Made by a program: the position numbers and the translations under genes
Notes under the pieces: model-generated
Databases searched by the model: none
What the model saw: the letters and a program-made list of their open reading frames with translations, nothing else
Told to the model about the DNA's origin: nothing
Virus record (IMG/VR): IMGVR_UViG_3300032668_000132
Coordinates: 1-25,165 of that record
Length of the DNA stretch: 25,165 bases
Strand: one strand, 5' to 3'
DNA from: a virus
Lineage: Duplodnaviria; Caudoviricetes
Shown here: one piece after another, positions 17,401 to 25,122 of the stretch
Layout: the number at the start of each line of letters is the position of its first letter
How positions within the stretch are numbered: position 1 is the first letter of the stretch

Positions 17401-18866
17401 GCGTCGGCAATGCTCCATCTTACTCTGCCTCGCCAACGCTAACTACATCCTTAACGACACCACTGCATATTGGCGGCACGACTGCATCATCAACACTGAC
17501 GCTGGAATCCACGTCTGGTGCGGGTACGACTGACAGCATCATCTTCAAGACGGGTTCGCAATCCATAGCAATGACGATTGATACGTCTCAGAATGTGGGT
17601 ATTGGGACGACGCCAACTTCTGGTTCACAATTATCAACGATACAAACAACTTATGGTATTTTTGGTGGGTCATCTCAGATTAATATAAATTCTAATGCCT
17701 ATTATAATGGTGGTTGGAAATATATTGGAACTGGATATGCTACGCTTTATAGCCAAAATTTAACGGGTTCTTCTGGCACTCATACATGGTATTATTCCGC
17801 ATCTGGCACTGCGGGTAACGCAATTACGTTTAACGAAGCCATGCGCATAGACTCCTCCGGCAACGTAGGTATTGGACAATCGGCACCAGTAACAAAACTT
17901 CAAACAGGCGGAACAGGTGCAAACTCATGGGTTTGGATTAACCCAAATACGAATGGCATGTCTCCTAATTCTTCCATAACAACAGGTCTTGCATTTGGCG
18001 GGAATTACTCTGCTGGCGGTTCTGAAGGTAATATTCTTTATGGCACATATCTCACAATCGCTAAGTGGGATGGAACGACTTATTCTGAAAAGATGCGCAT
18101 AGACTCCTCCGGCAACGTAGGTATTGGGACGAGTTCGCCTAGCACTAAATTTACCGTTCAAACTGCCGCGTTAACAGACGCTGTGCGTTGGACAGATAAT
18201 ACCAATTCAACTGGTATTCTTTCCACGGCATCTGGTTTGTCAACAATGTGGACAACGACTGCATTAGGTTTTGGCACTGGCGCTGGAACTTATACAGAAC
18301 GTATGCGTATCGACTCCTCCGGCAATCTGCTGGTGGGGACGACGAGTACCAATCCAATTTCTTCACGTACTAATGGTTTTACAACTGGTCCCGTAGGATT
18401 TTTAACGCTACGTGGTAGCGTTAACATGGCCCTTGGTTTAAGCGGGACATCTGGAACTAACATTCAGTTTTATACTGATAATGGTTCTACTTATGTAGCA
18501 GCAGGTAATATTAATTCAAGCGGTTCAGCTACGTCATATGTCACTGGCTCAGATTACCGTCTAAAAGAAAACGTAGTTGCGTTTGAAAACGGGTTGTCTC
18601 TTGTCAACCAAATGCGTCCGGTATCCTTCACTTGGAAAGAAGGATATGGCAAAGGATCATATGATGGTTTCATCGCGCATGAATTAGCTGAAATTGTTCC
18701 TTATGCGGTTTCTGGCGAGAAGGATGCTGTTGACGAAAAAGGTAGGATTAAACCTCAAGGCGTAGATTACAGCAAAATTGTTGTGCATCTTGTTGCTGCC
18801 ATCCAAGAGCAACAAGCCACCATCACCGCCTTGACCTTCCGTATTGCCGCATTGGAGGCAAAATAA
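14466..18866 (+). CDS. Long tail fibre with C-terminal intramolecular chaperone (peptidase S74) domain
   Basis: 1466 aa, T/G/S/A-rich, many V.xGGTG repeats and MRIDSSGN repeats. S74 signature SDYRLKENV...RPVSFTWK...GFIAHEL...VDYSKIV plus a terminal coiled coil. Confidence 0.9.
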   Translation: MSNITVTNLPVLTSLSGSAETMVVQNGVSYSATAQQIANLNANGGTVTSVTAQSPLSGGTITTTGTIGVTDSSITNQYLSTMPANTIKGNNAAGVAAVKDLTAAQVLAMIGGGTVSSITAGTGLTTSGTNPITTSGTISLANTSVAAGNYGTASSVPSIAINAQGQITSALNTTISIPSGQVTGLGTMATQNANAVAITGGTINQTAIGGTTPSTGAFTNLSATGTVSIGTISSGTWQGSPVAVAYGGTGATTASGARTNLGAAASGANSDITSLTGLTTPLAETEGGTGYGSYTTGDILYANSSSTLARLNDVATGSAIISGGVGVAPSWGKIGLSTHVSGTLPVANGGTGATTLTGYLVGNGTSAFTAVATIPNAGLTNSSITIGSTSIALGASTSTLSDLTTVTVTQDPTASLQLSTKQYVDNQVATVSNTTFHTASAAATTANLTATYNNGTAGVGATLTNSGAQAAFVVDGYTASLSDRILVKDQTTGAQNGIYTVTTLGSGSTNWVLTRATDFNTVGTGPNFIETGASTFINGGTTWGSTSWVMNTTGTITVGSTALVWVQTSSSGNITVSAPITKTGNTIGLGTVGVANGGTGLTTLTAYGLLYAASTSSVGQISPSTSGYPLLSTGASTAPAFGQLALGGAGVTGTLGVTNGGTGTATAFTTGSVVFAGASGVYSQNNAKFFWDNTNNRLGINTATPQTQLTVVSNTQTTTPSAALPAGTDLYIVGANAANTRITQDAYGTGAYGVFTARMARGTAASPTASQSGDFLAQFTARGYGSTGFGTASTSYIAFSAAENFTDTAQGTYAGIYTTPTGSNSIVEAFRFGPAGQLGIGGATYGTSGQFLTSGGVSAAPSWTTVTLATLGGVVPVASGGTNITSYTVGDLLYASGTTTLSRLADVATGNVLLSGGVGVAPSWGQVSLTTAVTGTLGAANGGTGQSSYTIGDLLYASTTTALSKLADVATGSVLVSGGVGNAPSYSASPTLTTSLTTPLHIGGTTASSTLTLESTSGAGTTDSIIFKTGSQSIAMTIDTSQNVGIGTTPTSGSQLSTIQTTYGIFGGSSQININSNAYYNGGWKYIGTGYATLYSQNLTGSSGTHTWYYSASGTAGNAITFNEAMRIDSSGNVGIGQSAPVTKLQTGGTGANSWVWINPNTNGMSPNSSITTGLAFGGNYSAGGSEGNILYGTYLTIAKWDGTTYSEKMRIDSSGNVGIGTSSPSTKFTVQTAALTDAVRWTDNTNSTGILSTASGLSTMWTTTALGFGTGAGTYTERMRIDSSGNLLVGTTSTNPISSRTNGFTTGPVGFLTLRGSVNMALGLSGTSGTNIQFYTDNGSTYVAAGNINSSGSATSYVTGSDYRLKENVVAFENGLSLVNQMRPVSFTWKEGYGKGSYDGFIAHELAEIVPYAVSGEKDAVDEKGRIKPQGVDYSKIVVHLVAAIQEQQATITALTFRIAALEAK
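17841..18127 (+). repeat. Perfect 35-nt direct repeat (17841-17875 and 18093-18127), with a degenerate third copy at 18303
   Basis: atgcgcatagactcctccggcaacgtaggtattgg occurs twice. The core gactcctccggcaa is also in the third copy. Confidence 0.9.
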
Positions 18867-19300
18867 TGGAAATTTGGCATCCATGTTCAGGTTTTGAAAC
18901 GCATTACGAAGTGAGCAACTTTGGAAATGTTAGGTCTATTGAAAGAATGGTTCTTAACCGTCTTCACAATGGTTTGCGACGCTCTCCTTCCAAATTATTA
19001 AAACAAGGAAAAAGCAAAAGTGGATATTTGATTGTTAGCTTTTGTGTTGATGGCATTAAAAGCAACCATAATGTACACCGCCTAGTCGCAAGAGCATTTA
19101 TTCCCAATGAATCAAACAAACCACAGGTAAACCATAAAGATGGAAGCAAACACAACAATTGTGTAGACAATCTTGAATGGGTTACAGTGTCTGAAAATGG
19201 TTTACATGCCTATCGCGTTTTAAAGGTTCCTGTTTGGAACAAAGGACGCAAGAAAGAACTCAAAGCAGAATTTGACGCATATAAAGCAAGCCATCCATAA
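18866..19300 (+). CDS. NUMOD4-HNH putative homing endonuclease
   Basis: NUMOD4 motif EIW.P..G.E..YEVSN.G.VRS. HNH motif VHRLVA.AFIPN..NKPQVNHKDG.K.NN...NLEWVT..EN..HA. AT-rich. Confidence 0.9.
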   Translation: MEIWHPCSGFETHYEVSNFGNVRSIERMVLNRLHNGLRRSPSKLLKQGKSKSGYLIVSFCVDGIKSNHNVHRLVARAFIPNESNKPQVNHKDGSKHNNCVDNLEWVTVSENGLHAYRVLKVPVWNKGRKKELKAEFDAYKASHP

Positions 19301-19311
19301 GGGGACGTACT

Positions 19312-19464
19312 ATGACACTTGATCTGACTATCAATGAAATCAACATCATTCTTCAGGCACTGGGTAACGCACCATACGTTTCAGTTGCAGAAGTAATTGA
19401 AAAGATCCGCACACAGGCTCAGGCACAAGTGCAGCCTGCTCCTACTCCTGAGGAGACTCACTAA
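19312..19464 (+). CDS. 50-aa helical protein, paralog of 21600..21803 (not in ORF track)
   Basis: Manual translation: MTLDLTINEINIILQALGNAPYVSVAEVIEKIRTQAQAQVQPAPTPEETH*. AAGGGG RBS and a TAATG overlap with the next gene. Confidence 0.8.
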   Translation: MTLDLTINEINIILQALGNAPYVSVAEVIEKIRTQAQAQVQPAPTPEETH

Positions 19465-19793
19465 TGTCGAACACTTACACATGGTCTTTTCCGACCCTTA
19501 CTGCATATCCTCAGGCCGAAGGTCAGACGGATGTAGTTTTTATAGTTCACTGGGTTCTTACCGGCACCGATGGCACTTATACCGGCTCTGTCTACGGCAC
19601 TGTTGGCCTAACCTACGTTGCTGGATCGCCTTACACGCCGTATGCCCAGCTTACCGAAGCTCAGGTTCAAGGATGGACGACGACCACTCTTGGTGCAGAA
19701 CAGGTTGCTGCTCTGGAAGCCAACATCGATGCTCAAATTCAGCAGCAGATTGCGCCAACGAGCGTTAATCTCCCACCGCCTTGGGGCGCATGA
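19464..19793 (+). CDS. Putative tail fibre assembly/chaperone-like protein
   Basis: YTW, VV..VHW..TGTDG, PYAQLTE.QV.GW and PPW motifs. Follows the fibre gene, with a GAGGAG RBS. Confidence 0.65.
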   Translation: MSNTYTWSFPTLTAYPQAEGQTDVVFIVHWVLTGTDGTYTGSVYGTVGLTYVAGSPYTPYAQLTEAQVQGWTTTTLGAEQVAALEANIDAQIQQQIAPTSVNLPPPWGA

Positions 19794-19832
19794 TGTTCTC
19801 GAAACGTCCTATTTTGATATTGGAGTCCGATC

Positions 19833-20042
19833 ATGCCTGCAACTGACAACATCGACAGTGGAATGAAGCATTTTATGGACTGGATATCGATCTCAGCGAC
19901 GATTACGACGCTTCTGGGCTGGCTAACACCTCTTGGTGCATTGTTGCCTATTATATGGTATAGCATTCGAATATACGAAACTGAAACTTTTCAGCAGATT
20001 TTAGGCCGTAAGAAGGATATTACCAATGACAACGACGACTAA
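19833..20042 (+). CDS. Small membrane protein (holin-like)
   Basis: One to two hydrophobic segments followed by IRIYET and a charged tail. GGAG RBS. Confidence 0.6.
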   Translation: MPATDNIDSGMKHFMDWISISATITTLLGWLTPLGALLPIIWYSIRIYETETFQQILGRKKDITNDNDD

Positions 20043-21282
20043 TCTTGCGCTTAACGAGCCAGCATATAACAGCACGTCGCCCACGTGGGATCAGCCGCTC
20101 AATTATAACTCCACCATTCTTGATCAGATTTTTGGCAATACGACCGGTGTTTCAGTAAGCACTAGTTCAACGCCAACATATACCAATATTGCAGCCCCAA
20201 GTGCTGTCGCGGCGGGTTCTACGTCGCAAGCCATGCGTTTCAATCTGACCGGAACATTGGCCGCTAACCAGACCGTTCTATTGCCTCAAAGCGTGGCAGG
20301 TATGTGGGTTGTTACCAATAGTACGTCTGGCGCGTATACCGTCCTATTGGGATCAAATAACGGCAGTAATGCAGCCGCTGGAACTACTGTATCTTGCCCA
20401 CAGGGTTATAGCATTCTTGTCTATTGCGACGGGACAAACGTAAAAAAGGCGGATGATGGATTAATTTCGTCAGTTTTAGCCGTTTCAAGCGGTGGTACGG
20501 GCGCTTCAACGCTTACGGCCAACAATGTTATTCTTGGTAACGGAACCAGTGCAGTCCAATTTGTGGCCCCCGGCACAAGCGGCAACGTACTTACATCTAA
20601 CGGGACTACATGGACGTCCTCATCCTTGGCATCCGGTGGAACATTAATCCGCGCCCCGCAAGTCCTTACCAATACGGGCGGTGGAACTTACACAACTCCG
20701 GCTGGCTGTAATCACATTCTTATTGAAATGATTGGCGGTGGCGGTGGCGGTGGCGGTGTTGCGGGGTCGACTGGCGGAACAAGTTATGGCGGTGGAGGTG
20801 GCGGTTCACTCTTTGCTGTTAAATACGCTACAGTCGCCCCATCTACAGGATATACTTACGCTGTTGGTGCTGCGGGATCAGGTGGAAATGGCGGCTCTTA
20901 CAATGGTGGTGCAGGTGGAACGTCGTCCATAACAATTTCTGGGACAACATATTCTGTTTCTGGCGGTGGCGGCGGTCTTTACAGTGGAAGCGGGGCTGGA
21001 ACTAACGGGTCAACCGGAACCGCTACGAATATGGATTATTCAATTACCCCAATAATTCCTGCTGGTGGTTCTGGGTACGGTGGCTGCGTAGATACTCCTT
21101 ATGGAATTACTATGGGGGGAGGATACTCAAACCCTTTTTATCAACAAATCCGTGGTGGATATAATGGTTTTGGTTGGGGTGCTGGCGGGTCAGGCGCTTA
21201 TAACAACGCTTATAGTGGTGCGCCAACTGAACCCGGCGGCAATGGTTACCAAGGCATGATTCGCATTTGGGAATACACGTAA
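20026..21282 (+). CDS. Second tail fibre/spike protein with C-terminal glycine-rich domain
   Basis: N-terminal anchor-like TTNLAL.EP...TW...N.N..ILD, a GGTG fibre repeat, and a Gly-rich domain pattern TYT.PAG...I..E.IGGGGGG...G.G..G.I.I.EY. Confidence 0.8.
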   Translation: MTTTTNLALNEPAYNSTSPTWDQPLNYNSTILDQIFGNTTGVSVSTSSTPTYTNIAAPSAVAAGSTSQAMRFNLTGTLAANQTVLLPQSVAGMWVVTNSTSGAYTVLLGSNNGSNAAAGTTVSCPQGYSILVYCDGTNVKKADDGLISSVLAVSSGGTGASTLTANNVILGNGTSAVQFVAPGTSGNVLTSNGTTWTSSSLASGGTLIRAPQVLTNTGGGTYTTPAGCNHILIEMIGGGGGGGGVAGSTGGTSYGGGGGGSLFAVKYATVAPSTGYTYAVGAAGSGGNGGSYNGGAGGTSSITISGTTYSVSGGGGGLYSGSGAGTNGSTGTATNMDYSITPIIPAGGSGYGGCVDTPYGITMGGGYSNPFYQQIRGGYNGFGWGAGGSGAYNNAYSGAPTEPGGNGYQGMIRIWEYT

Positions 21283-21590
21283 TGCAATTTACTTGGACAT
21301 TCCCTCAGTTTATAGTGACGCCAGTATATGATGGTTTAGCCAATGTGGTTACGGCTATTAATTGGGTATGCACTGGAACTGATGGAACTATCTCGTCATC
21401 AGCATCTGGTACTGCAAAGTTAAGTACGCCTAGCCCAGCAGAATTTGTTCCATATGCTGACATCACCCAAGAAATGGCTTATAAGTGGGTGGCGGATTGC
21501 ATTAGTATGCCAGCCGTAGAAATGGGGATATCGGCGCAAATAGCGCAGTTATCTCACCCTGTATCACAACCGCAATCGCCACCTTTCTAA
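21282..21590 (+). CDS. Paralog of 19464..19793 (putative fibre assembly protein)
   Basis: ATG 21282 overlaps the upstream TAA. FTWTFP, VV..INW..TGTDG and PYADIT.E...W motifs. Confidence 0.7.
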   Translation: MQFTWTFPQFIVTPVYDGLANVVTAINWVCTGTDGTISSSASGTAKLSTPSPAEFVPYADITQEMAYKWVADCISMPAVEMGISAQIAQLSHPVSQPQSPPF

Positions 21591-21599
21591 GAGGATAAA

Positions 21600-21803
21600 A
21601 TGGAAAACCTTGAACTTGATCTTAAATTAACTGTCGCTCATGTTAATGCAATTTTAAAGCATCTGGCTAACGGCGTTTACGCTGAAGTTGCGGATGTTAT
21701 TGCAGCACTTCATGGGCAAGCTAAGCCACAAGTAGAATTAGCAGCGTCCACTGCCGCACCAGAAGCTCCAGCCGAAACTCTAGCTGGCGCTCCTACGGAA
21801 TAA
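21600..21803 (+). CDS. 67-aa helical protein, paralog of 19312..19464
   Basis: L.LT...VN.IL..L....Y..VA.VI.....QA..QV pattern. GAGGA RBS. Confidence 0.75.
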   Translation: MENLELDLKLTVAHVNAILKHLANGVYAEVADVIAALHGQAKPQVELAASTAAPEAPAETLAGAPTE

Positions 21804-21804
21804 T

Positions 21805-22272
21805 ATGGACCCGTTTACCCTCATAGCTGGGGCTACTGCTATTTATAATAGCATTAAGTCAGCGGTTGATGCGGGTAATGATGTTATGGACACGGCTGAG
21901 AAGGTCGGAACCCTTTTTGGCCGTGTTGCTCAAGTTGTTCAGATTGCGTCATCTCCTCGAAAAAAGAAGATGTTTCAATCTCAGGCTGACTTTGAAGCTG
22001 AAGCCGTAAAGATGTACGCGGTAAAAGCCAAGGCGCAACAGATGGCGCTTGATGTTAAGAATATGTTTGTTGGCCAGTATGGTAGGGCTGCATGGGAAAG
22101 CATCCAACGTCAGGTCATTGAGATGAGAAAAGAAGCAGCAAGAGAAGCGGCGCTGGCGATGAAGCAACAGGAAGAAAACAGGCAAGACATAATTGTGATC
22201 GGTAGCATTGTTGGCGTTTTGTTGCTTGGAATTGCAGCTATTGGTGTTTTCCTTATGATTACGGTGAAATAA
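21805..22272 (+). CDS. Coiled-coil protein with C-terminal transmembrane helix
   Basis: MDPFTL start, helical core, C-terminal IIVIGSIVGVLLLGIAAIGVFLMI. Adjacent to the lysis genes. Confidence 0.75.
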   Translation: MDPFTLIAGATAIYNSIKSAVDAGNDVMDTAEKVGTLFGRVAQVVQIASSPRKKKMFQSQADFEAEAVKMYAVKAKAQQMALDVKNMFVGQYGRAAWESIQRQVIEMRKEAAREAALAMKQQEENRQDIIVIGSIVGVLLLGIAAIGVFLMITVK

Positions 22273-22273
22273 C

Positions 22274-22777
22274 ATGGACTTTCTCAAAACTTTTGGCCCA
22301 CTGATTGGTCAGGTCGCCCCAACCATAGCCAGTGCTTTAGGCGGACCACTAGCTGGAATGGCTGTTAAGGCTGTATCTAGTGCCTTGTTTGGTCATCAAG
22401 ATGCATCTGAAGATGAGATCATGGCTGCAATGGGTACAGCCACTCCAGATCAACTAACGGCACTCAAGAAGATTGACGCTGACTTCAAAGTTCAAATGAA
22501 GTCACTTGATATTGACCTTGAAAAGATTGCGGCTAGTGACCGTAATAGCGCCCGTAACATGCAGATTCAGACGCATGATTGGACGCCCCGTGTCATCGCT
22601 ATTGTGGTTATCCTAGCTTGGGTTTTTATCCAGTGGCATCTATTTAATAGTGTCATTCCCGATACCATGCGTGAACTTATTGCCCGTGTATTGGGAACGC
22701 TAGATGCCTCATTGACACTAGTATTGTCGTATTATTTTGGTTCATCACATCAGCATACACCGGCTCCAAAGGCATAA
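22274..22777 (+). CDS. Holin-like protein (GTA/3TM holin type)
   Basis: APTIA.ALGGPLAG.A, DR.SAR.MQ...DWTP, two TM segments ending YYFGSS. Upstream of the endolysin. Confidence 0.7.
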   Translation: MDFLKTFGPLIGQVAPTIASALGGPLAGMAVKAVSSALFGHQDASEDEIMAAMGTATPDQLTALKKIDADFKVQMKSLDIDLEKIAASDRNSARNMQIQTHDWTPRVIAIVVILAWVFIQWHLFNSVIPDTMRELIARVLGTLDASLTLVLSYYFGSSHQHTPAPKA

Positions 22778-22780
22778 CTA

Positions 22781-23236
22781 ATGAATATCAATTTAAAATT
22801 TGAATGTTCTGCGGTTGAATGCTTAAAACCCGCTTTATGCAAAGGTTTATGCAATGCGCACTACCTAAGAATGCGCAAAGGTTTAAACATGGATTCGCCA
22901 GTTAGAATTCAAGGCAAAAACAGAAAATGTAAAATTGAAGATTGTGGTAAGAAACATTATGGTAATGGTTATTGTGTTAACCATTGGAGAACTTGGAATA
23001 GGCAAAATATTAAGTTAAAGTTAATAGAAATGATGGGCGGTAAATGCACGGTATGCAAAAACACTTACCATCATGCGGCTTTTGATTTTCACCATTTAGA
23101 CCCTTCAAAGAAAAAATTTAGTATTACTGATAAAATACAAAATTTATCTTTTGAAGAACTGATTAAGGAAACAAAAAAATGTATTTTACTTTGTGTAAAT
23201 TGCCACAGGATTGAACACGCAAGAGAATTGATATGA
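22781..23236 (+). CDS. HNH-type putative homing endonuclease with two N-terminal Cys/His repeats
   Basis: GGKC..C...FDFHH.DP..K.F.I...E..KC.LLC.NCHR..H. Two C-x4-C...G.C..H units at the N-terminus. Strongly AT-rich. Confidence 0.8.
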   Translation: MNINLKFECSAVECLKPALCKGLCNAHYLRMRKGLNMDSPVRIQGKNRKCKIEDCGKKHYGNGYCVNHWRTWNRQNIKLKLIEMMGGKCTVCKNTYHHAAFDFHHLDPSKKKFSITDKIQNLSFEELIKETKKCILLCVNCHRIEHARELI

Positions 23237-23745
23237 TTGGAAATTTTGAGCGGTGCCTAGCATTAGTTTTAAAAAATGAAGGCGGTTACACGGATAACTC
23301 AAAAGACCCCGGCGGTGCGACCAACTTAGGATGCACTAAAGCAGTTTGGGAACAGTATGTTGGACATGCGGTAACAAAGAGCGACATTATGGCTTTGACG
23401 CCAAATGATGTCATGCCGCTGTACAAAGATAAATATTGGGATACGGTAAAGGGTGACGATCTACCTATGGGCGTGGATTATGCCGTATTTGATTTTGCCA
23501 TTAATTCGGGGCCGTCCCGCGCAGCGAAAGCCCTTCAAACGGTTCTCAATGTTAATGCGGACGGACAAATCGGGCCAGCCACACTTAGTGCTCTTGAAAC
23601 GTCAAACCCTCGCGATGTTGCAACGAGAGTTTGCGAAGCCCGTTTAGCCTTCTTACAATCTCTATCAAACTATGCTAACTTTGGAAAAGGTTGGTCGCGC
23701 CGCGTTTCTGAGGTTGAAACAGCGGCATTTAACATGGTTGGATAG
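23233..23745 (+). CDS. Endolysin, glycoside hydrolase family 108 with C-terminal peptidoglycan-binding domain
   Basis: EGGY.D...DPGG.TN.G, YWD, VFD.AINSG, DG.IGP.T and FGKGW.RRV motifs. Confidence 0.9.
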   Translation: MIGNFERCLALVLKNEGGYTDNSKDPGGATNLGCTKAVWEQYVGHAVTKSDIMALTPNDVMPLYKDKYWDTVKGDDLPMGVDYAVFDFAINSGPSRAAKALQTVLNVNADGQIGPATLSALETSNPRDVATRVCEARLAFLQSLSNYANFGKGWSRRVSEVETAAFNMVG

Positions 23746-23747
23746 TC

Positions 23748-24455
23748 ATGGATTACAATACATACGTCCAGCAGATTGCTACGATGGCTGTGGTTCCTAC
23801 CACTGATCCAAATTATCAGATCATTCTGCCTCAAATGATTTCATATGCTGAATTGCGTATGCAACGTGACCTTGATTTTCTTTCCACCCAGATTAGCACG
23901 ACGGCTTACTCGCTGACAGCTAATAGCGGTACGTTTACAATTCCACAGACACAGTTTGTAACGACTGAGACGATGGAAGTTATCACTGGATCGGGTGTAT
24001 CTTCCCCGTTGCTGCCTGTGACAAAAGAATACATTCAAAATGTCTACGGTGGCGGTTCAACTGCTGGATTGCCACAGTTTTACGCTGAATACGGCGGTGA
24101 TGCGGCAACGACTGGCTTCACATCTCAGATCATGACGATTGGCCCAATTCCAGATTTGGCTTATCAAGTTCGATTGACTGGCACAGTTCGTTCGGCTCCA
24201 TTGTCGGCCACGAATACGCAGACATATATCTCTACTAATTTGCCAGATATGATGATTATGGCTTCCATGATCTATATTTCTGCATATCAGCGCAACTTTG
24301 GCCGTATGTCAGATGATCCGCAGATGGCTCAAAGTTATGAGAGCCAGTATCAAGTTCTTCTTAGGTCTGCTCTGTCTGAAGAAAATCGTAAAAAATATCA
24401 AGATGCAGCTTGGACTTCTTATTCTCAATCTCCTGTTGCTACCCCATCAAGGTAA
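23748..24455 (+). CDS. Putative tail adaptor/tubular protein
   Basis: ILPQMI.YAE.R..RDLD, GLP.FYA, GP.PD..Y and TYIS..LPD pattern, recalled from short-tail adaptor-like proteins. Confidence 0.6.
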   Translation: MDYNTYVQQIATMAVVPTTDPNYQIILPQMISYAELRMQRDLDFLSTQISTTAYSLTANSGTFTIPQTQFVTTETMEVITGSGVSSPLLPVTKEYIQNVYGGGSTAGLPQFYAEYGGDAATTGFTSQIMTIGPIPDLAYQVRLTGTVRSAPLSATNTQTYISTNLPDMMIMASMIYISAYQRNFGRMSDDPQMAQSYESQYQVLLRSALSEENRKKYQDAAWTSYSQSPVATPSR

Positions 24456-24459
24456 AAAA

Positions 24460-25122
24460 ATGGAAACAAAAATTTGCAATATTTGCAAAGAGATGAAATC
24501 ATTGAACGATTTTTCATTAAATCGCTCAAGGAAAGATGGTCACCATTACAATTGCAAAAAATGTGATTTGAAAAAAGCAAAAGATTGGTATCAATTAAAC
24601 AAGGATACTGCAAAAACAAGATCAAAAATATATAGAGACAAAAACAAAGAAACTCATTTAGAAAGAGACAAAGATAGATATTATCTCAATAGAGAAAATG
24701 AATTACAAAAAAGAAAACTGCATTATAATAAAAACAAGGATGTTATTATTAAAAAATCTAATGATTGGATTAGTGTCAATAGAGTAAAGCATAACTCATA
24801 TATGAGAAATCATTATGAAAACAATAAGCCTTATTATAAAGTTCGTTCGGCGACACGTCGTGCTTTAAAAATCAATGCTACTCCATTTTGGTTGTCTGCA
24901 ATTCAATTAGCGCAAATTCAAGAGATATATGATATAGCTACAGCACGTTCTGTCCAAACCGGGGTAATTCACCATGTGGATCATATCCACCCATTACATG
25001 GCGATGGATTTAATGGTTTGCATGTACCATGGAATTTGCAAGTGATTACAAAATTTGAAAATCTTAGCAAGGGATGTAATGTTCCAATCCAAGATAACCA
25101 TCTTTTTTGGAAGGCATCCTAA
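24460..25122 (+). CDS. HNH putative homing endonuclease
   Basis: ATG 24460 (METKICNIC...CKKC Zn finger), RRA.K..ATP.W, HVDHIHPL.G..F.GLHVPWNLQVI...EN..K. Very AT-rich. Confidence 0.85.
   Translation: METKICNICKEMKSLNDFSLNRSRKDGHHYNCKKCDLKKAKDWYQLNKDTAKTRSKIYRDKNKETHLERDKDRYYLNRENELQKRKLHYNKNKDVIIKKSNDWISVNRVKHNSYMRNHYENNKPYYKVRSATRRALKINATPFWLSAIQLAQIQEIYDIATARSVQTGVIHHVDHIHPLHGDGFNGLHVPWNLQVITKFENLSKGCNVPIQDNHLFWKAS

Noticed and set aside
17841-18340. CRISPR array or DGR template/variable repeats
   Set aside because: Repeats are in-frame protein motifs with 200+ nt spacing. There is no adenine-specific mismatch pattern and no reverse transcriptase or cas gene in the window.
18810-19258. 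Group I intron interrupting the tail fibre
   Set aside because: The interval is almost entirely coding, leaving no room for a ribozyme core, and the fibre already has an intact coiled-coil end.
20734-20757. (GGCGGT)4 microsatellite as a phase-variation tract
   Set aside because: In-frame poly-Gly typical of the glycine-rich domain. Unit changes would not shift the frame.
24298-24459. N-terminal extension of the HNH ORF, or a frameshift fusion with the adaptor gene
   Set aside because: It overlaps the adaptor gene out of frame. The HNH domain pattern begins at ATG 24460, and no convincing stimulatory structure was seen.
652-24625. Numerous alternative-frame and antisense ORFs in the track (e.g. 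4957..5628, 6336..6908, 7225..7794, 10564..11115, 11381..11911)
   Set aside because: They are shadows of well-supported + strand genes, without RBS or recognisable motifs.
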